The notes beneath the pieces were generated by a model. That model saw nothing but the letters and a program-made list of their open reading frames with translations. It was not told the DNA's origin and made no database searches. Made by a program: the position numbers and the translations under genes. This document shows, one piece after another, positions 21,347 to 32,906 of a DNA stretch of 64,000 nucleotides (its first letter is position 1; each line of letters opens with the position of its first letter). The stretch is taken from contig NC_134033.1 of NCBI RefSeq assembly GCF_964204645.1, positions 3,244,131 to 3,308,130 on the forward strand, written 5' to 3'. This DNA is from Tubulanus polymorphus (lineage: Eukaryota > Animalia > Nemertea).

Positions 21347-21779
21347 GTTTTCCGCTTTCTGGTTTCGATGGTAAACAAAAACTCGCACCGAATGAAAAAT
21401 AAATAAATTCGGCGCGGTGTCAAATTTGTGAGTTTGGAAAATTTGTTTTAAAGCTAATTATTATATTAGTTTATAGGCCGGAATGGTGAAAATGAGAGAA
21501 ATGTATTTTCATTTCAGTAAGTATGAAAAAAATCCATAAAATATTTCTTAATTTTACAATTCATTTAAAAAACTGTTTTGATAAAATTCGAAAGAAATTT
21601 CCATGGACTGAACAGTATACAGACATTACTGGATGCTAAGATTTTCTAACCAAATGTATAGAATTTATATTCCATTAACTGCGATTCTAAATCAATTAAC
21701 TTTTATTTTCCGCTAGGCGGTGCTCCGCGACGAGAGTTCGGTTTATTTACTTCCGGGTTTGAAAACACACGTGCGTGAA
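21347..21779. promoter_or_regulatory. Bidirectional promoter region ANKRD42/NUFIP1
   Basis: Divergent ATGs 433 bp apart. ETS-like ACTTCCGG (21749-21756), X-box/forkhead-like GTTTCGATGGTAAACA (21362-21377) and CTCF-like CCGCTAGGCGGTGC (~21710). Confidence 0.65.
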
Positions 21780-24700
21780 ATGCAACAACACGGTCCCCCT
21801 CGTTATTACGGACCCCAGGGCTCGTGGCCGCCCCCAGATTATGGCCCCGGTTTCAGAGGGGGTTTCAATCGACCCCCGGGACCGATGATCGGGGGTTGCT
21901 ATCGCCCGATGCGGCCGCAGTTCGCACCGCCGCAACAAGAATTCGGAATTCCGATATCATCGATGAATCAGTGGCCACCACCAGTGCCCCCTAGCGGTTA
22001 CAGGCCTCCGTACGAGTATGGTCCACGGCATAGAGGTCCTCGACCGTCCGGGTTCTATGGAAGAAGTCGTGGTGGTAATCATCGCGGAGGAAATCGCAGA
22101 GGAGCTGGAAACCCGCCGGGCCAGAAGGTAGATTTTGAACTTAAGTACAAAAATTTTTAAAAATTATTATTTCAGAATAGGTAATTCGTAGAAATTAATT
22201 GATAATGGTCATTTTAGAATATTCTGCCGATGCAGCGATATTTAAATAAACGTTATTTTGGCAACAACAAAACTGTTATTCAGGGTAAGGGTTTTGGAGG
22301 GGGTGCTCCAGGCGTGTTGGAATGAAGGTTTGATTGTCGCGGCCAATTTTTCACAGGAATACATTGCCGTGGCGAATTTACTTATTTTGTCGAAAACATG
22401 GTATAGAAAGAAAAAAAAAACCCAGTTCCAACACCGTTGTGTTCCATAGGGTTAGGGTGCATGGATGAGATGCGTGTGAAAATTGTTTTGAAAAATGAGA
22501 AAATTTCTAAAAAATTCTATTTTTGTATGAAAAAGTTTCATTTCCAAAACTGCCGGCATATGAAATCTTTCATCAGAAAACCTTAATGTAGTTTTCCTTA
22601 AAACCTCTTTTTTCGTACTATCTTTGGGCTCTGCTTTGACCCTAGACTTAAGGTGGGCGTAGGTCGGCTTGCGACTCACTGCGACCGCCAGCGACGGTCG
22701 CGTCGCAACGACCAACCGACCTACCTTGCGACTGCCAGCGACGCCAGTCGCAATGAGTCGCACATGTTCTACTTTCTGCGACGCGACCGTCGCAACCGAT
22801 CTACGCGCGCTTGCGACTGGGAGCAACTAGTCGCACACAGTCGCTGACAATCGCGTCGCAACTGACTTGCGCGGCCACTTGTGACGCAACGCGACGATTG
22901 CGTCGCAAGGCCGACCTACCCCCGGCTTTAGTCTACTGTCATTCATATATACCCAGGTTAAATTTGTTACAGTGCTGCCTTAAGCATTCATGAAGGGACA
23001 TGCTGACGTGCTATGAACATACTTTGAAAGGGGCATTATATGTTACTAGTTGAAAAACCATGTTTTGTTTACGCGCGTGAAGAAATGCAAAAATTTCAGA
23101 ATCTTGCATTTCATCCCAGGTTTAGATAGATTGTTATACGTAGTTAAAACATTCTATAGAATCCAAAAAAGCCTCGGTGGTCTAGCGGGAAGACGTTGCA
23201 CTTGCAAATCGTCGCCCGGGTTCAAGTACCGCTCAATTTTCTCTTACTCTGTTCTCCTTTTTGTCTTTTGACTCATGGTGTGGCCGAGGTCCATAAAAAA
23301 TTCGATAAAGTAAGTTTTTCGTGCGCTGTCGAAAAAGACATCGATGTTCTCTGTATCGATTTTTGCACACTTTTATTATTACTATCAATATTCATTTCGT
23401 CATCAAAATTCATATTTACATGATACTTCATTTAATATAATATCTATTAAGAACAAGCATCGATGACGGGGACCTGGACAGAGCCATGAAGGCTGTACGT
23501 CCATGTGGGATGTCCAGGCGCACCTCTGACTACTATGAAATGCGAATTAAATCGCTTTTAAATGTAACTTAAACTTGTTCACTAGTCGTAGAACTGCGCC
23601 CGGTTCGTGCGTCGCTTGTGAGTGTCCGCGTATGTTTTTCAAGCGTGGCAGGGTTTACATTTTTGCGCCGATAACTGAACGACGCCGAGTCTGAATTTAC
23701 TGTTAGATAAACAATAGACTAGAAAGTTCATACACGAATCGACCACGGTCAGACCGATGGCGATTTTCCGCTGTACGATTCGCGTCTCGAAATGATTTAG
23801 ATCACCTATAGTAGTTGCCGGTATAGCGAAACCCGCGCCCTGCATTCTTTCGATAAACAGCAACGATTCACAACTGACGAATACCGCGACGAGGGCGAAC
23901 GACATCCGCAACGCGCGCAACTCTAACGTGTCGGAAGTTTGATTCTTCATCGCCGCCGAACGACTTCTACCGATTCGCGAATACTTGATCGCGATCAAAG
24001 CGACGATCAAAATGACGTTGACGGTGATCAAGGCGATCATCGGAGTGATGATGTTGATTACGGTGCCCTGCCAGCCCTCCATTCGAGCTTTCCATTGACC
24101 GAAAATAGGATCGAAGAATGGGTAAAACCCGCCTAGCCCGAGAGTGGGGGAATGGTGAATACAGCGCCGCGGCACGAGCGGGCGGTCGACGATAAACGAC
24201 GGCAAGAAAGACAAAAAACCGAAAACGGTCAACAAGCTTATAACGCAATTGACGACTTTCCGCGTCCAGAACACTCGCGATTTCAACGGGAAAAGCGTAA
24301 TTACGAGTCGTTCCAAACTGATGAGAATAACGCACCAGTTTCTGATCAGTTGGAACATGTAAAACGGTCCCATCGCCGCTCTTATGAATTCGTGGCCGAA
24401 ATGCCAGTCGTCCATACGTAAAACGGTGTCGCCTAGATGTACGTAGAGGTGAATCGCGCGTAGAGGATACATGACGAACACGCTCGACGAGTAACATATG
24501 TCGAAAATCGCGAGAACTTTCAGTAGATAGTAGATATCCTTGTTCATCTTTTTCAAGACCAGAATCGTCGTGGCGTTCAAAACGACGCCCGATATCGTGG
24601 CCGGTCCGTAGAAAAAGATGTACAGATAAACGCTGATTTCATGTTTTAATTGGATTGGCAGATTAGCCTGAGCCCAATCGCAAACTCCGTGATAGACGCG

Positions 24701-27700
24701 TCTTGTCGTGGTAATAGTCGACAGAACGGTAGTGTTTGAGTCAGCCATCATTCGTCTAACAGCTCCTCGCGCCCATTGCAACTTTCCTCTATGAAATATC
24801 TCACCCGCATAAACTTGTCGACGTCAGTCAGTATACCTGCCTATTTTCGGCAGCAGGTAGTAATTTGTAAGGCGACTGCGCGATGTTATATTCTGTCATG
24901 CCCAGAGGCGCGAGTTGATCACAGGCCTATTCTAAATTATACAGCAAACGCTTCTGAACTATAAGGAATATGAAGCTTGTTATTTTCAAAACTATATCTA
25001 TGAATATATTCTTGTTCATCTTTAGCAAGTTCCAACTCGCATATCGGCTTATATATGGTTGGTATGTCGAGACTCGATAAGGCTTTATGTTTGGTAAATG
25101 TCTCTAGCAGGGGTTGCATCCTGACATAAAAACCAACATTTTCTTCATACAGATTTAGCATTCTTGCTAAATCCTCTTGTTGCGTGTCCTTTTTTTCACA
25201 AAGTCCGAACACTTCACAAGAATAACCTACTTTTCCTAATTTTGAGGAATAGACACCTAAATCAGTACAGTTGGGACCAGGATTTGATTTTACCCAATTA
25301 GACGGTTACTGAGTTCAATTGTGTATATAGGATGAAACTAAATATAAAACCACTGAATTAACGGTTAACCAAGATTAACAGTACTGATTTAGGAGGAAGG
25401 AGTCTATAGTAATTGGGGTATGAAAGTGATGCAGACGCTTGCATGAAATTTAAAATATTCTCCTTGAAAACTCCTTATATCCAGGAATCACTGATCTGTA
25501 AGGACCCTGTATATTCAGGAATGACCGATCAGTAGGGACCCTGTATATTCAGGAATGACTGATCTGTAGGGACCTTGTATAAATATGACCGAAATTCGTG
25601 AATAATTCAAATGGTTTCGTTGAATTGTTTTGCAGAAAGCGCCGGATTCAACAACGACTGAAGACGCCGATTATTTCTGCGAGACGTGCGATCGCGGATT
25701 CAAACAAGAAGATAAATATAAAGAACACTGCGATCAACATGTCAAGGTAGCGAAGATCTTTACGAAATAGATTAACTTTTTTACTCAACCCTTTCAATGG
25801 AGGCAGAGGCCAATTTTGAAGGACTTGTCAAATATCCCAAAAGGGCATTTCGATGTCCACAAAAGTCAAAGGTAATACCAGTATTAGGCGTAATCCTGCA
25901 TTGAATTGCTCCAATTTTCTGTTTGTTGACAAAATGAAAAAGGGCATAAATTTGATGTACTTGTACGAGGCCCCCCGGGTCCACCCCTAAAATGCTGGAC
26001 ATAATTTCAGAATTCTAAAAATTCCACCACATTGCGATGTATAATGGGCACATTGTATATACCCTGCAGTGCAGTGTATTGTATCTACCCTGCAGTGCGG
26101 TCTTTCGTTTGTTTCTAATATTTACAATGATTTTGCTCATTTCGGAAACTTCATTTTTAGGTTAAATAGGACTGCAGGATAGTGTATTTTGTCAAAATAC
26201 ACTATGCACCCCTAATCTCAAATTGAGATTTCCCTTGCCAACATTTTCTCCGAGGATTCTCGCAAGTATGAAGAACTTAAAAAAGATTTTATTCATATCT
26301 TTTTTAAAATATAGGCTTCATTGATACTTTCAGTGTAGCATTGATGGCTGTATGTACACGGCGGCGCCAAAACTGGTCAAATTACATCATCAATGGGTAA
26401 GTAATATAAATTTACCTGAAATCATGGCACCCCTAGTGGGAGATCAAGGAATTTCATTCAGGTAGTGTCAGAGGCCAACAAGGGAACAATTGCTACCAGC
26501 CTCCAAAATGGGCTGGCATAATTTTTGAAAAGGAACCAAATTTTCTCTTTCTTTTGATAGCAACATAAAACTGGATTCGCGAAGAAGATTTGGAAATTGG
26601 AGTCAGCAGAAGACATCGAAAAATGGAGGGCAGAACGAAGGAAGTGAGTTTATTTCTGAAACTGGTTGTAACCCGGCAGTTGTAGGGAAAGGTCGGGAAA
26701 GGGTTAATGTTCATCATTTGAATGAGATTTCGAATCAATCTTTCGATTTTGTTGTAGAAATTACCCGACGAAAGAGAACGTCGAACGGAAAAAGAAATTG
26801 GAACAGGAAAGAATCGCGCGGGGCGAAGTGGTCGAAAATAAGGATTTCAGTAAAATGCGCGGACGCGGCCGGGGGAGAGGAGGTCGCGGGCAAGGTCGGG
26901 GCTGTCGAGGTCAACAACGAACTGATCCAACAACAACAGCAGAGTTAGCGATTACTAAAAAAACAGCGGTGCCACCTATTACTGAAATGGAACACCAGCA
27001 ACCGGACGGAGATCCATTGTCTTATTTACTGACTAAGAATGAAGGTAAAGGCATATCGCAATATTTTGCATATTTTCAACGTCCTTGTATGTAAATTTAG
27101 CCTGCTGTTCTGATTTTAGAAATAGTAGTTAAACCTAGCAGAAAAATGAAGTTCACTGATTTAAGACACTGTCAACAAACTTACGAGAATTCAGTGCTAA
27201 AATTTTAAAAGGGCTGCATCCATCGTTAAGTATGACATGGCCGCTGCTGAAGTAGCGGGGCTTTTGAACCCCCAAAAGTGCAGAGAATTATGCTAAATTT
27301 TCGTATATTTGTCACATTAGCTCAATATATTTCAAAGCAGATATGAGCAATGATAGAATATTAACATCCACTCTGGTAGGGTCGGCAGATATTTCATAAG
27401 GGGTGGCTGACTTTCAGAAGGATGGATGTAAAAATGAAAGGGGTGGCTGCTGTGGAGAACACTGGAATATATAAAACTTGAAGCCTATTCATTTGGGCAC
27501 TTAAGAAAACTTCCATGACTAAGGCTAAAAAAAATTGATTAGTTGTTTCTCCGCTCTGCTGAGCTTAAATGTTGACCCGTACCGGCCGCCTATCTACCCT
27601 ATACATTACTTTTTTTTAAATCGTGATCAATTTTACCATAACAGACCCGGCCGCTATAGAAATGAACTGTTTATAAATTTTATCATATTTTACAAAAATG

Positions 27701-29016
27701 ACCCGGCCGCTGCGGAGAAACAAGGTATCATTTTTGTTTAGCCTAATTTTTGGGTGGAAAAATGTTTGAAATGTTAGTTTTGTATTTGATGTTTCTGTTT
27801 CATCCGTAGAGCACAAAGCAGTCGTCAAATCTGAAATACCCGTACCTATCAAGTCGATAGGTGGTGCTTTAAGTTCGTTGATTTCGTTGTACGAATCGGA
27901 CGGCAGCGATGAAGACGAAAACGTAGAAGTCGGAATATCGAAAACTGGCGCGGACGTCGAGATCGAAACGACGCGACGCGATACCGAGCAGACGGACGAA
28001 GCGGCGGACGCGAAAAACGCCGATCACCATCCCAAAGGCAGACGTAAAAACAAGTGCAGACGCAGCAAACGAAAGAACGAACGAAATAATAATAATAATC
28101 ACGAACAGGAACCGGCGTGGAAGAAAATACGTAAACCGACGTTACTCGAAAAAGTGAGTTCATTCTTTTGAAAAATTAGCGATCGGCGGGGCAGACGTTG
28201 GGAGGAGTCTGCAGAGAGCGATGCCGAACACTCCCTTGATATATGAAATTTTCTCCTTTAAAACTCCTTGATAAGCCCTACCCTGATAGGAACTTTTCCA
28301 ACGAACAAAATTAGTGAAATTAATTTTTTTTTTTTTCCTAAATAAAATTCTAATTTCTTTTTCCAAATAAAATGTTGTAAAAAATTTTCTTAATGAAATT
28401 TAGATTTTTTTTTCTAACTAAAATTTGAATTCTTGTTTTCGTCTATTTCCAGCTGTTAGCCAATGAGATCCGACACGAACGTAACGTCATGTTACAGTGC
28501 GTTCATTACATCGTGAAAAATAACTTTTTCGACAAAGTTCCAAACTCGTCGAACCAGACACCGACTGATAACAACAATGTCGATAAGCAGGATTCAGTTA
28601 CCGCGACGACTGAATCCGAGATACATCGTCAACAACGTGATCACAATGATGCACTGGATTCAGTAACCGTGACAACTGAATCCGAGATACATCGTCAACA
28701 ACGTGATCACAATGATGCACTGGATTCAGTAACCATGGTGACTGAATCCGAGATATGCAATCAACAGCAGGATGATATTGATAATCGTGTTGCCATAGTT
28801 ACCGAATCCAAGGTAGATACTCGAGAGGACAATATTGATAAGCAGGTTGCCATGGTTACTGAAGTAGAGACAAACTGTGAGGATCAAAGCAATTTGGTTA
28901 CCATGGAAACTGATTCCCAGATAAACTCTGAGCTACATAATGTTAATCAGCAGGTTGCTATGGTAACTGAGGCTGATAATAAGATTAAATCCGATCAACA
29001 AAATAGCCAAATCTGA
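21780..29016 (+). CDS. NUFIP1: FMR1-interacting protein NUFIP1 (box C/D snoRNP assembly factor, Rsa1 homologue), 7 exons, 599 aa
   Basis: Exons 21780-22127, 25636-25746, 26334-26396, 26561-26643, 26758-27044, 27810-28153 and 28453-29016 (1800 nt, in phase). Pro/RGG-rich N-terminus, zinc fingers YFCETCDRGFK...HCDQHVKCSIDGC, PEP region EDIEKWRAERRKNYPT, and C-terminal PTLLEKLLANEIRHERNVMLQCVHYIV. AATAAA at 29128-29133. Confidence 0.93.
22651..22927. mobile_element. PIF/Harbinger-type MITE
   Basis: ~26-bp imperfect TIRs (AGGTGGGCGTAGGTCGGCTTGCGAC vs AGCCGGGGGTAGGTCGGCCTTGCGAC), TTA TSD, internal GTCGC/GCGAC repeats. Confidence 0.75.
23171..23232 (+). mobile_element. tRNA-derived SINE-like head (pol III A and B boxes)
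   Basis: TGGTCTAGCGG (A box) and GGTTCAAGTAC (B box) but no complete cloverleaf. A related decayed copy lies at ~21003-21060. Confidence 0.5.
23639..24751 (-). CDS. Intronless class-A (rhodopsin) GPCR, FMRFamide/peptide-receptor-like expanded family, nested in NUFIP1 intron 1
   Basis: 370-aa ORF from the first ATG (24751), with seven hydrophobic segments and an N-terminal NTT sequon. TM2 LAIFD, TM3 NWCVILISLERL, TM7 DSCMNFLVY and helix 8 SKFR. Confidence 0.85.
   Translation of the reverse strand: MMADSNTTVLSTITTTRRVYHGVCDWAQANLPIQLKHEISVYLYIFFYGPATISGVVLNATTILVLKKMNKDIYYLLKVLAIFDICYSSSVFVMYPLRAIHLYVHLGDTVLRMDDWHFGHEFIRAAMGPFYMFQLIRNWCVILISLERLVITLFPLKSRVFWTRKVVNCVISLLTVFGFLSFLPSFIVDRPLVPRRCIHHSPTLGLGGFYPFFDPIFGQWKARMEGWQGTVINIITPMIALITVNVILIVALIAIKYSRIGRSRSAAMKNQTSDTLELRALRMSFALVAVFVSCESLLFIERMQGAGFAIPATTIGDLNHFETRIVQRKIAIGLTVVDSCMNFLVYCLSNSKFRLGVVQLSAQKCKPCHA
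27523..27743. mobile_element. Harbinger-type MITE
   Basis: TIRs GGCTAAAAAAAATTGAT / ATCATTTTTGTTTAGCC with TAA TSD. Confidence 0.65.
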
Positions 29017-29697
29017 TCTGAATCTGATAATGATGGTAGGCAGGATTCGGTTACCGAAGCTCTTAATCTGATGTGATTTGTATGAAACTGGTTATTTCAG
29101 TGAAAGTGCATTTAAATGTTTCGTTAAAATAAATCTTTGTTCATTATTTGAGAATTATTTTTGTTGAAGAGTTTGAAAAACAGGATACAATAATAGAACA
29201 GGATTCAGTTTTGTGAGTTAAGATCTATTTGACTTAGAGTTTACTCATTGACAATGAACTCATCTTAACCAGAACTGCGGAACTGGATCCAGGATCCCAT
29301 TCTGCAGTTGTGAGTTAACTAGAGCCGATTTAGAATTTATTAGTCTCACAACCAGAGATGACTTAAATTTAAGAACTCAAATCTTAACTCAGAACACCGT
29401 GGAACTGGGACCAGTTGTTATAGTGAAAAGTTGGATTTTGAACAAAAAATGCTTTAAATTCAAAATTGTATTCAGTAAATAATCAAATAAATGATTAGGC
29501 TGAACAATATATGAAATAAAAACAAATTTGTCGAGATTCTTTATATACGAGAATTACTAAATCTTATATAATGAGGAATCTGATTTTAAAATGTTTCTGA
29601 AGGAGGCCAGATCCCCACACGGCGCTCGCTGGTGACACCTCAGACCCTTCGAAAAAGTTAAACTAGTCGTCTGCTCGGACCGATCTACAATTGGCAG

Positions 29698-29981
29698 CAG
29701 GGGCGGATCTAGGATCAACGTAAAGGGTGATGCCCACAAGAAATTCAGGCCCTTTTCGCTAAGCCCCTCTGCAATTTGTTTTTTCGCAATGATTTTTTAG
29801 ATCTTCTAGGATTGGTAAAACAGCTAATTGCCACTACAGAATTTTGATATATTTTTATTTGTTCGATATCAATTTTGACCTTTGTTTAGAGAGTATCGAG
29901 TTCGCAATACTTGAGGATGGAAATTTTAAGGGACTTGAAAATTTTAGGGCAAGTGTCCGGACCCCTTTTGATCCGCCACTG
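29698..29981. mobile_element. Decayed MITE with CAGGGGCGGATC / GATCCGCCACTG termini
   Basis: 12-bp imperfect TIR; no clear TSD. Confidence 0.5.
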
Positions 29982-30289
29982 GGAGGCTCTTTGAGAAATC
30001 GGATTATTTGAAGAATTTACAATCGACTCTGGTTTCGCGGAGTTCAAGTTCTAGTTTATTTCACGGAAAGATATTTTTGTGCGTACAGGCATTAGAAAAT
30101 AACATCAATACAGTACAAGTTTCACATTTTCAACAAACACCATCTAATATACCCCAAAAAGAAAAGGAAGTTTTCTGATTAAAGAGGTTTGCACAGTAAT
30201 CTGAAAGAAACCGGCGTCTATGAAGTCTAATTACGATCGGATGTCTACGGATTGTGTTTCTTCGCGCGCTCATTCATCTCTGCATAATA

Positions 30290-30736
30290 TCTGACAGCTG
30301 TACGCCGACCACGTGGCCACGTCACCGGATATAAACAAACAAACATGCTGACGTAGTAGGCAGCCCGATCACGTGACTTCATTTAAAACCTTAAAAAACA
30401 CGACGCTTGAATAGACGCGTCTAAAAATCTCTAATTACTGCATTGAAATGGCCATAATTCGATAGTGGGCGAAAGAAACCCGAGTTTAGGGGGCCCAACA
30501 AGCCGTTTTGCCGTAAACGCGAAACTACCGGCGACAATTCCAGGAAATCGGCGTTAATTGAAATTTTACCCGTCGAGCCACGCGCGCTAATTGGGTATTC
30601 AACATGGCCGCCAATCGGAACTTCATCTTCTAACCGAGACGTGAAAATAGGATTTTTCTGGCTGAATTTTCCCCGCAACGAAGACCCGTCGATGGATACC
30701 AGTCGGCTGACCGAACCAGCGTGTTGACTACAATAG
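30290..30736 (+). promoter_or_regulatory. CpG-rich promoter and probable non-coding first exon (likely FNDC3)
   Basis: Clustered ACGT-core sites (CCACGTGG 30309-16, GCCACGTCA 30316-24, TCACGTGA 30369-76), YY1-like AACATGGCCGCC at 30601, and donor AG|gtagaa after 30736. The link to FNDC3 is inferred. Confidence 0.5.
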
Positions 30737-31494
30737 GTAGAATATATTTTAAGTCCGTTTTCGTTTCCAGTTTCGGCGAATTAGTCTTAAAACCCGGCCT
30801 GCTGTTTACATTTCTGCTCTCTGATGAGGAGTGAGAGTCTACCGAATCCGTCGCAGTCCTACTCGGCTTTACCCCCGACTTTCGTTATCGTTATCTCTAC
30901 CCCCATTCCTCCTGCTTGTTAAATATTTGTAAACCATGTAGAACCAAACATGTGTTCTAGTTCGACCAACTCTGTACTTTGCGCGCAGAGCAACTACCTA
31001 CAAATCAATATGTTATTTGTTGTTGTTGCTTTGACATGATGACATCAATACTGGAGCATCTTTCGAGACTAAAAAATAACCCTCAGCTGGGCAAGATTTT
31101 CGAATTTTAGAAATTCTAGTTTTCAAATTTTAAAAATTGTACTCGCCATATCTACCCCAGAGCCAGACCCTCTCCCCTTGTCTGGGCATATGGCGAATAT
31201 AGCATTTTTAATCCCCCCCCCCCCACCAGGCCTATCTTGTCCTGTCCCGGGTTAGACAGCTGGCTGAAAGTACCGACTCAACTCCCATATTCCCCTTCCC
31301 CGGCAGACTGTCTTGCAATCTTATTGTTGACAGCTGGCAGGGAATTTTTAATGCCGCAACCTTGAATTCAGTCTAGCATATTCGAGTAGTGCTGGACTTA
31401 TTGGTTCATGGTCAAAATATGATTCCACGGAGTTGAAACATTTAATATGAACTGATTTTATTTAATATTGACTTAACACAAAGAACTATTACTA

Positions 31495-31920
31495 ATCTGT
31501 AGTCCGGATAGGTCTACTGACTAAACCTCAATCCTGTTACTGACTGGACTGTAGTCCGGATAGGTCAACTGACTAAACCTCAATCCTGTTACTGACTGGA
31601 CTGTAGTCCACATAGGTCAACTGACTAAACCTCAATCCTGTTACTGACTCGACTGTAGTCCGCATAGGTCAACTGACTAAACCTCAGTCCTGTTACTGAC
31701 TGGACTGTAGTCCGGATAGGTCAACTGACTAAACCTCAATCCTGTTACTGACTGGACTGTAGTCCGCATAGGTCAACTGACTAAACCTCAGTCCTGTTAC
31801 TGACTGGACTGTAGTCCGCTGTTACTGACTGGACTGTAGTCCGGATAGGTCAACTGACTAAACCTCAATCCTGTTACTGACTGGACTGTAGTCCGCATAG
31901 GTCAACTGACTAAATGTCAG
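31495..31920. repeat. 52-bp tandem repeat
   Basis: GACTGTAGTCCGGATAGGTCAACTGACTAAACCTCAATCCTGTTACTGACTG, about 8 copies. Confidence 0.9.
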
Positions 31921-32004
31921 TCCGGTAATGTAGGTAATCAAATTTTTACAACAATATCAAGGAATTCATACTATGTAGATATCTTATTATTACTTATAAA
32001 CTAT

Positions 32005-32254
32005 GACGAGAGAAATCCCGCAATAACGAAGCCAAGATTGAAAAATTCTATAGGCCTATCAGAATGATTGTATTTGAGGAGCGACATTTCGGCTAACAAC
32101 TGTTAGTACGCCTGATGATGGCTAACAGTTGTTAGCCGAAACGTCGCTCCTCAAATACAATCATTCTGATATAGAATTTTTCAATCTTGGCTTCGTTATT
32201 GTGGGATTTCTCTCGTCATCATCATACACGGATATTGTGTATCTTCTCGTATAA
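32005..32254. mobile_element. Penelope-like retroelement remnant (inverted terminal-repeat pair) with 14-bp TSD
   Basis: ~100-bp near-perfect inverted arms (32003-32106 / 32122-32219). TACTTATAAACTAT is duplicated at 31991-32004 and 32255-32268. A hammerhead core lies at the centre. Confidence 0.7.
32110..32147 (+). ncRNA. Minimal type-I hammerhead ribozyme motif
   Basis: CUGAUGA (32112-18), U, stem II GGCUAAC-AGUU-GUUAGCC, then GAAAC-GUC. Predicted cleavage after 32145. Confidence 0.65.
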
Positions 32255-32619
32255 TACTTATAAACTATATTCCCTCTTAGAGATTTTTCTATTTCCGGGA
32301 TTATTACCCGTTACCGCAGTCCCGTACTGACTGACTACACTGCAGTCCGGTTACTGACCAAATGGCTTTCAAAATTAACTGCCAACTATTGAACCGGGCG
32401 TCCTGCGCTCTATGATCCAACCCCTTCCCTTCCTCCCATATCTATTGATGTTACAAATAGCTTCAAGGAATAATTTTTACGTATCTTGTTTAGGCCTACA
32501 TGTTTAGGTGACCTTCTATAGGCCTATAGTGCACCATTTCCGCTTAAGCTTGTTTAGTATCAAACTTTTGCCATTTTGTGTTACGCCGTTTAATGATTTT
32601 CAATATAAAACTGAATTAA

Positions 32620-32906
32620 CCCTTTCAGTGCGTCTACACCACAGTGCGGAAGTACGAATCGGTGATAGATTTTGCTAGTACACCGCACAGCAGTGAATTG
32701 ATGTAATTAGTAATTAGTTTTTATCTCTATTGAAAGATGGCAGCACCTGTCAAACAGTGAAATATTAGTAACTAACGATACACCGCGCCGCGGTGTAGAC
32801 GCACTATAGTGGTATTCCCGTTATTCAACACACCAGGATGGAATTTTTCAAAATTTTCAAATTATCTCCAGCATTATAGGGTATTGATTAGTCAGCACTG
32901 ATAGGG
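32620..32906. mobile_element. piggyBac-type MITE copy
   Basis: TTAA TSD, TIRs and conserved interior. Confidence 0.9.

Noticed and set aside
23171-23232. tRNA gene
   Set aside because: A/B boxes are present but the anticodon and acceptor stems do not pair; treated as a SINE head or pseudogene.
24937-25212. 91-aa minus-strand ORF upstream of the GPCR
   Set aside because: GTG start, AT-rich, no recognisable domain or splice link. Possibly a decayed element fragment.
30821-30860. CTGATGA...GAAT hammerhead-like string
   Set aside because: No convincing stem II, and GAAU instead of GAAA.
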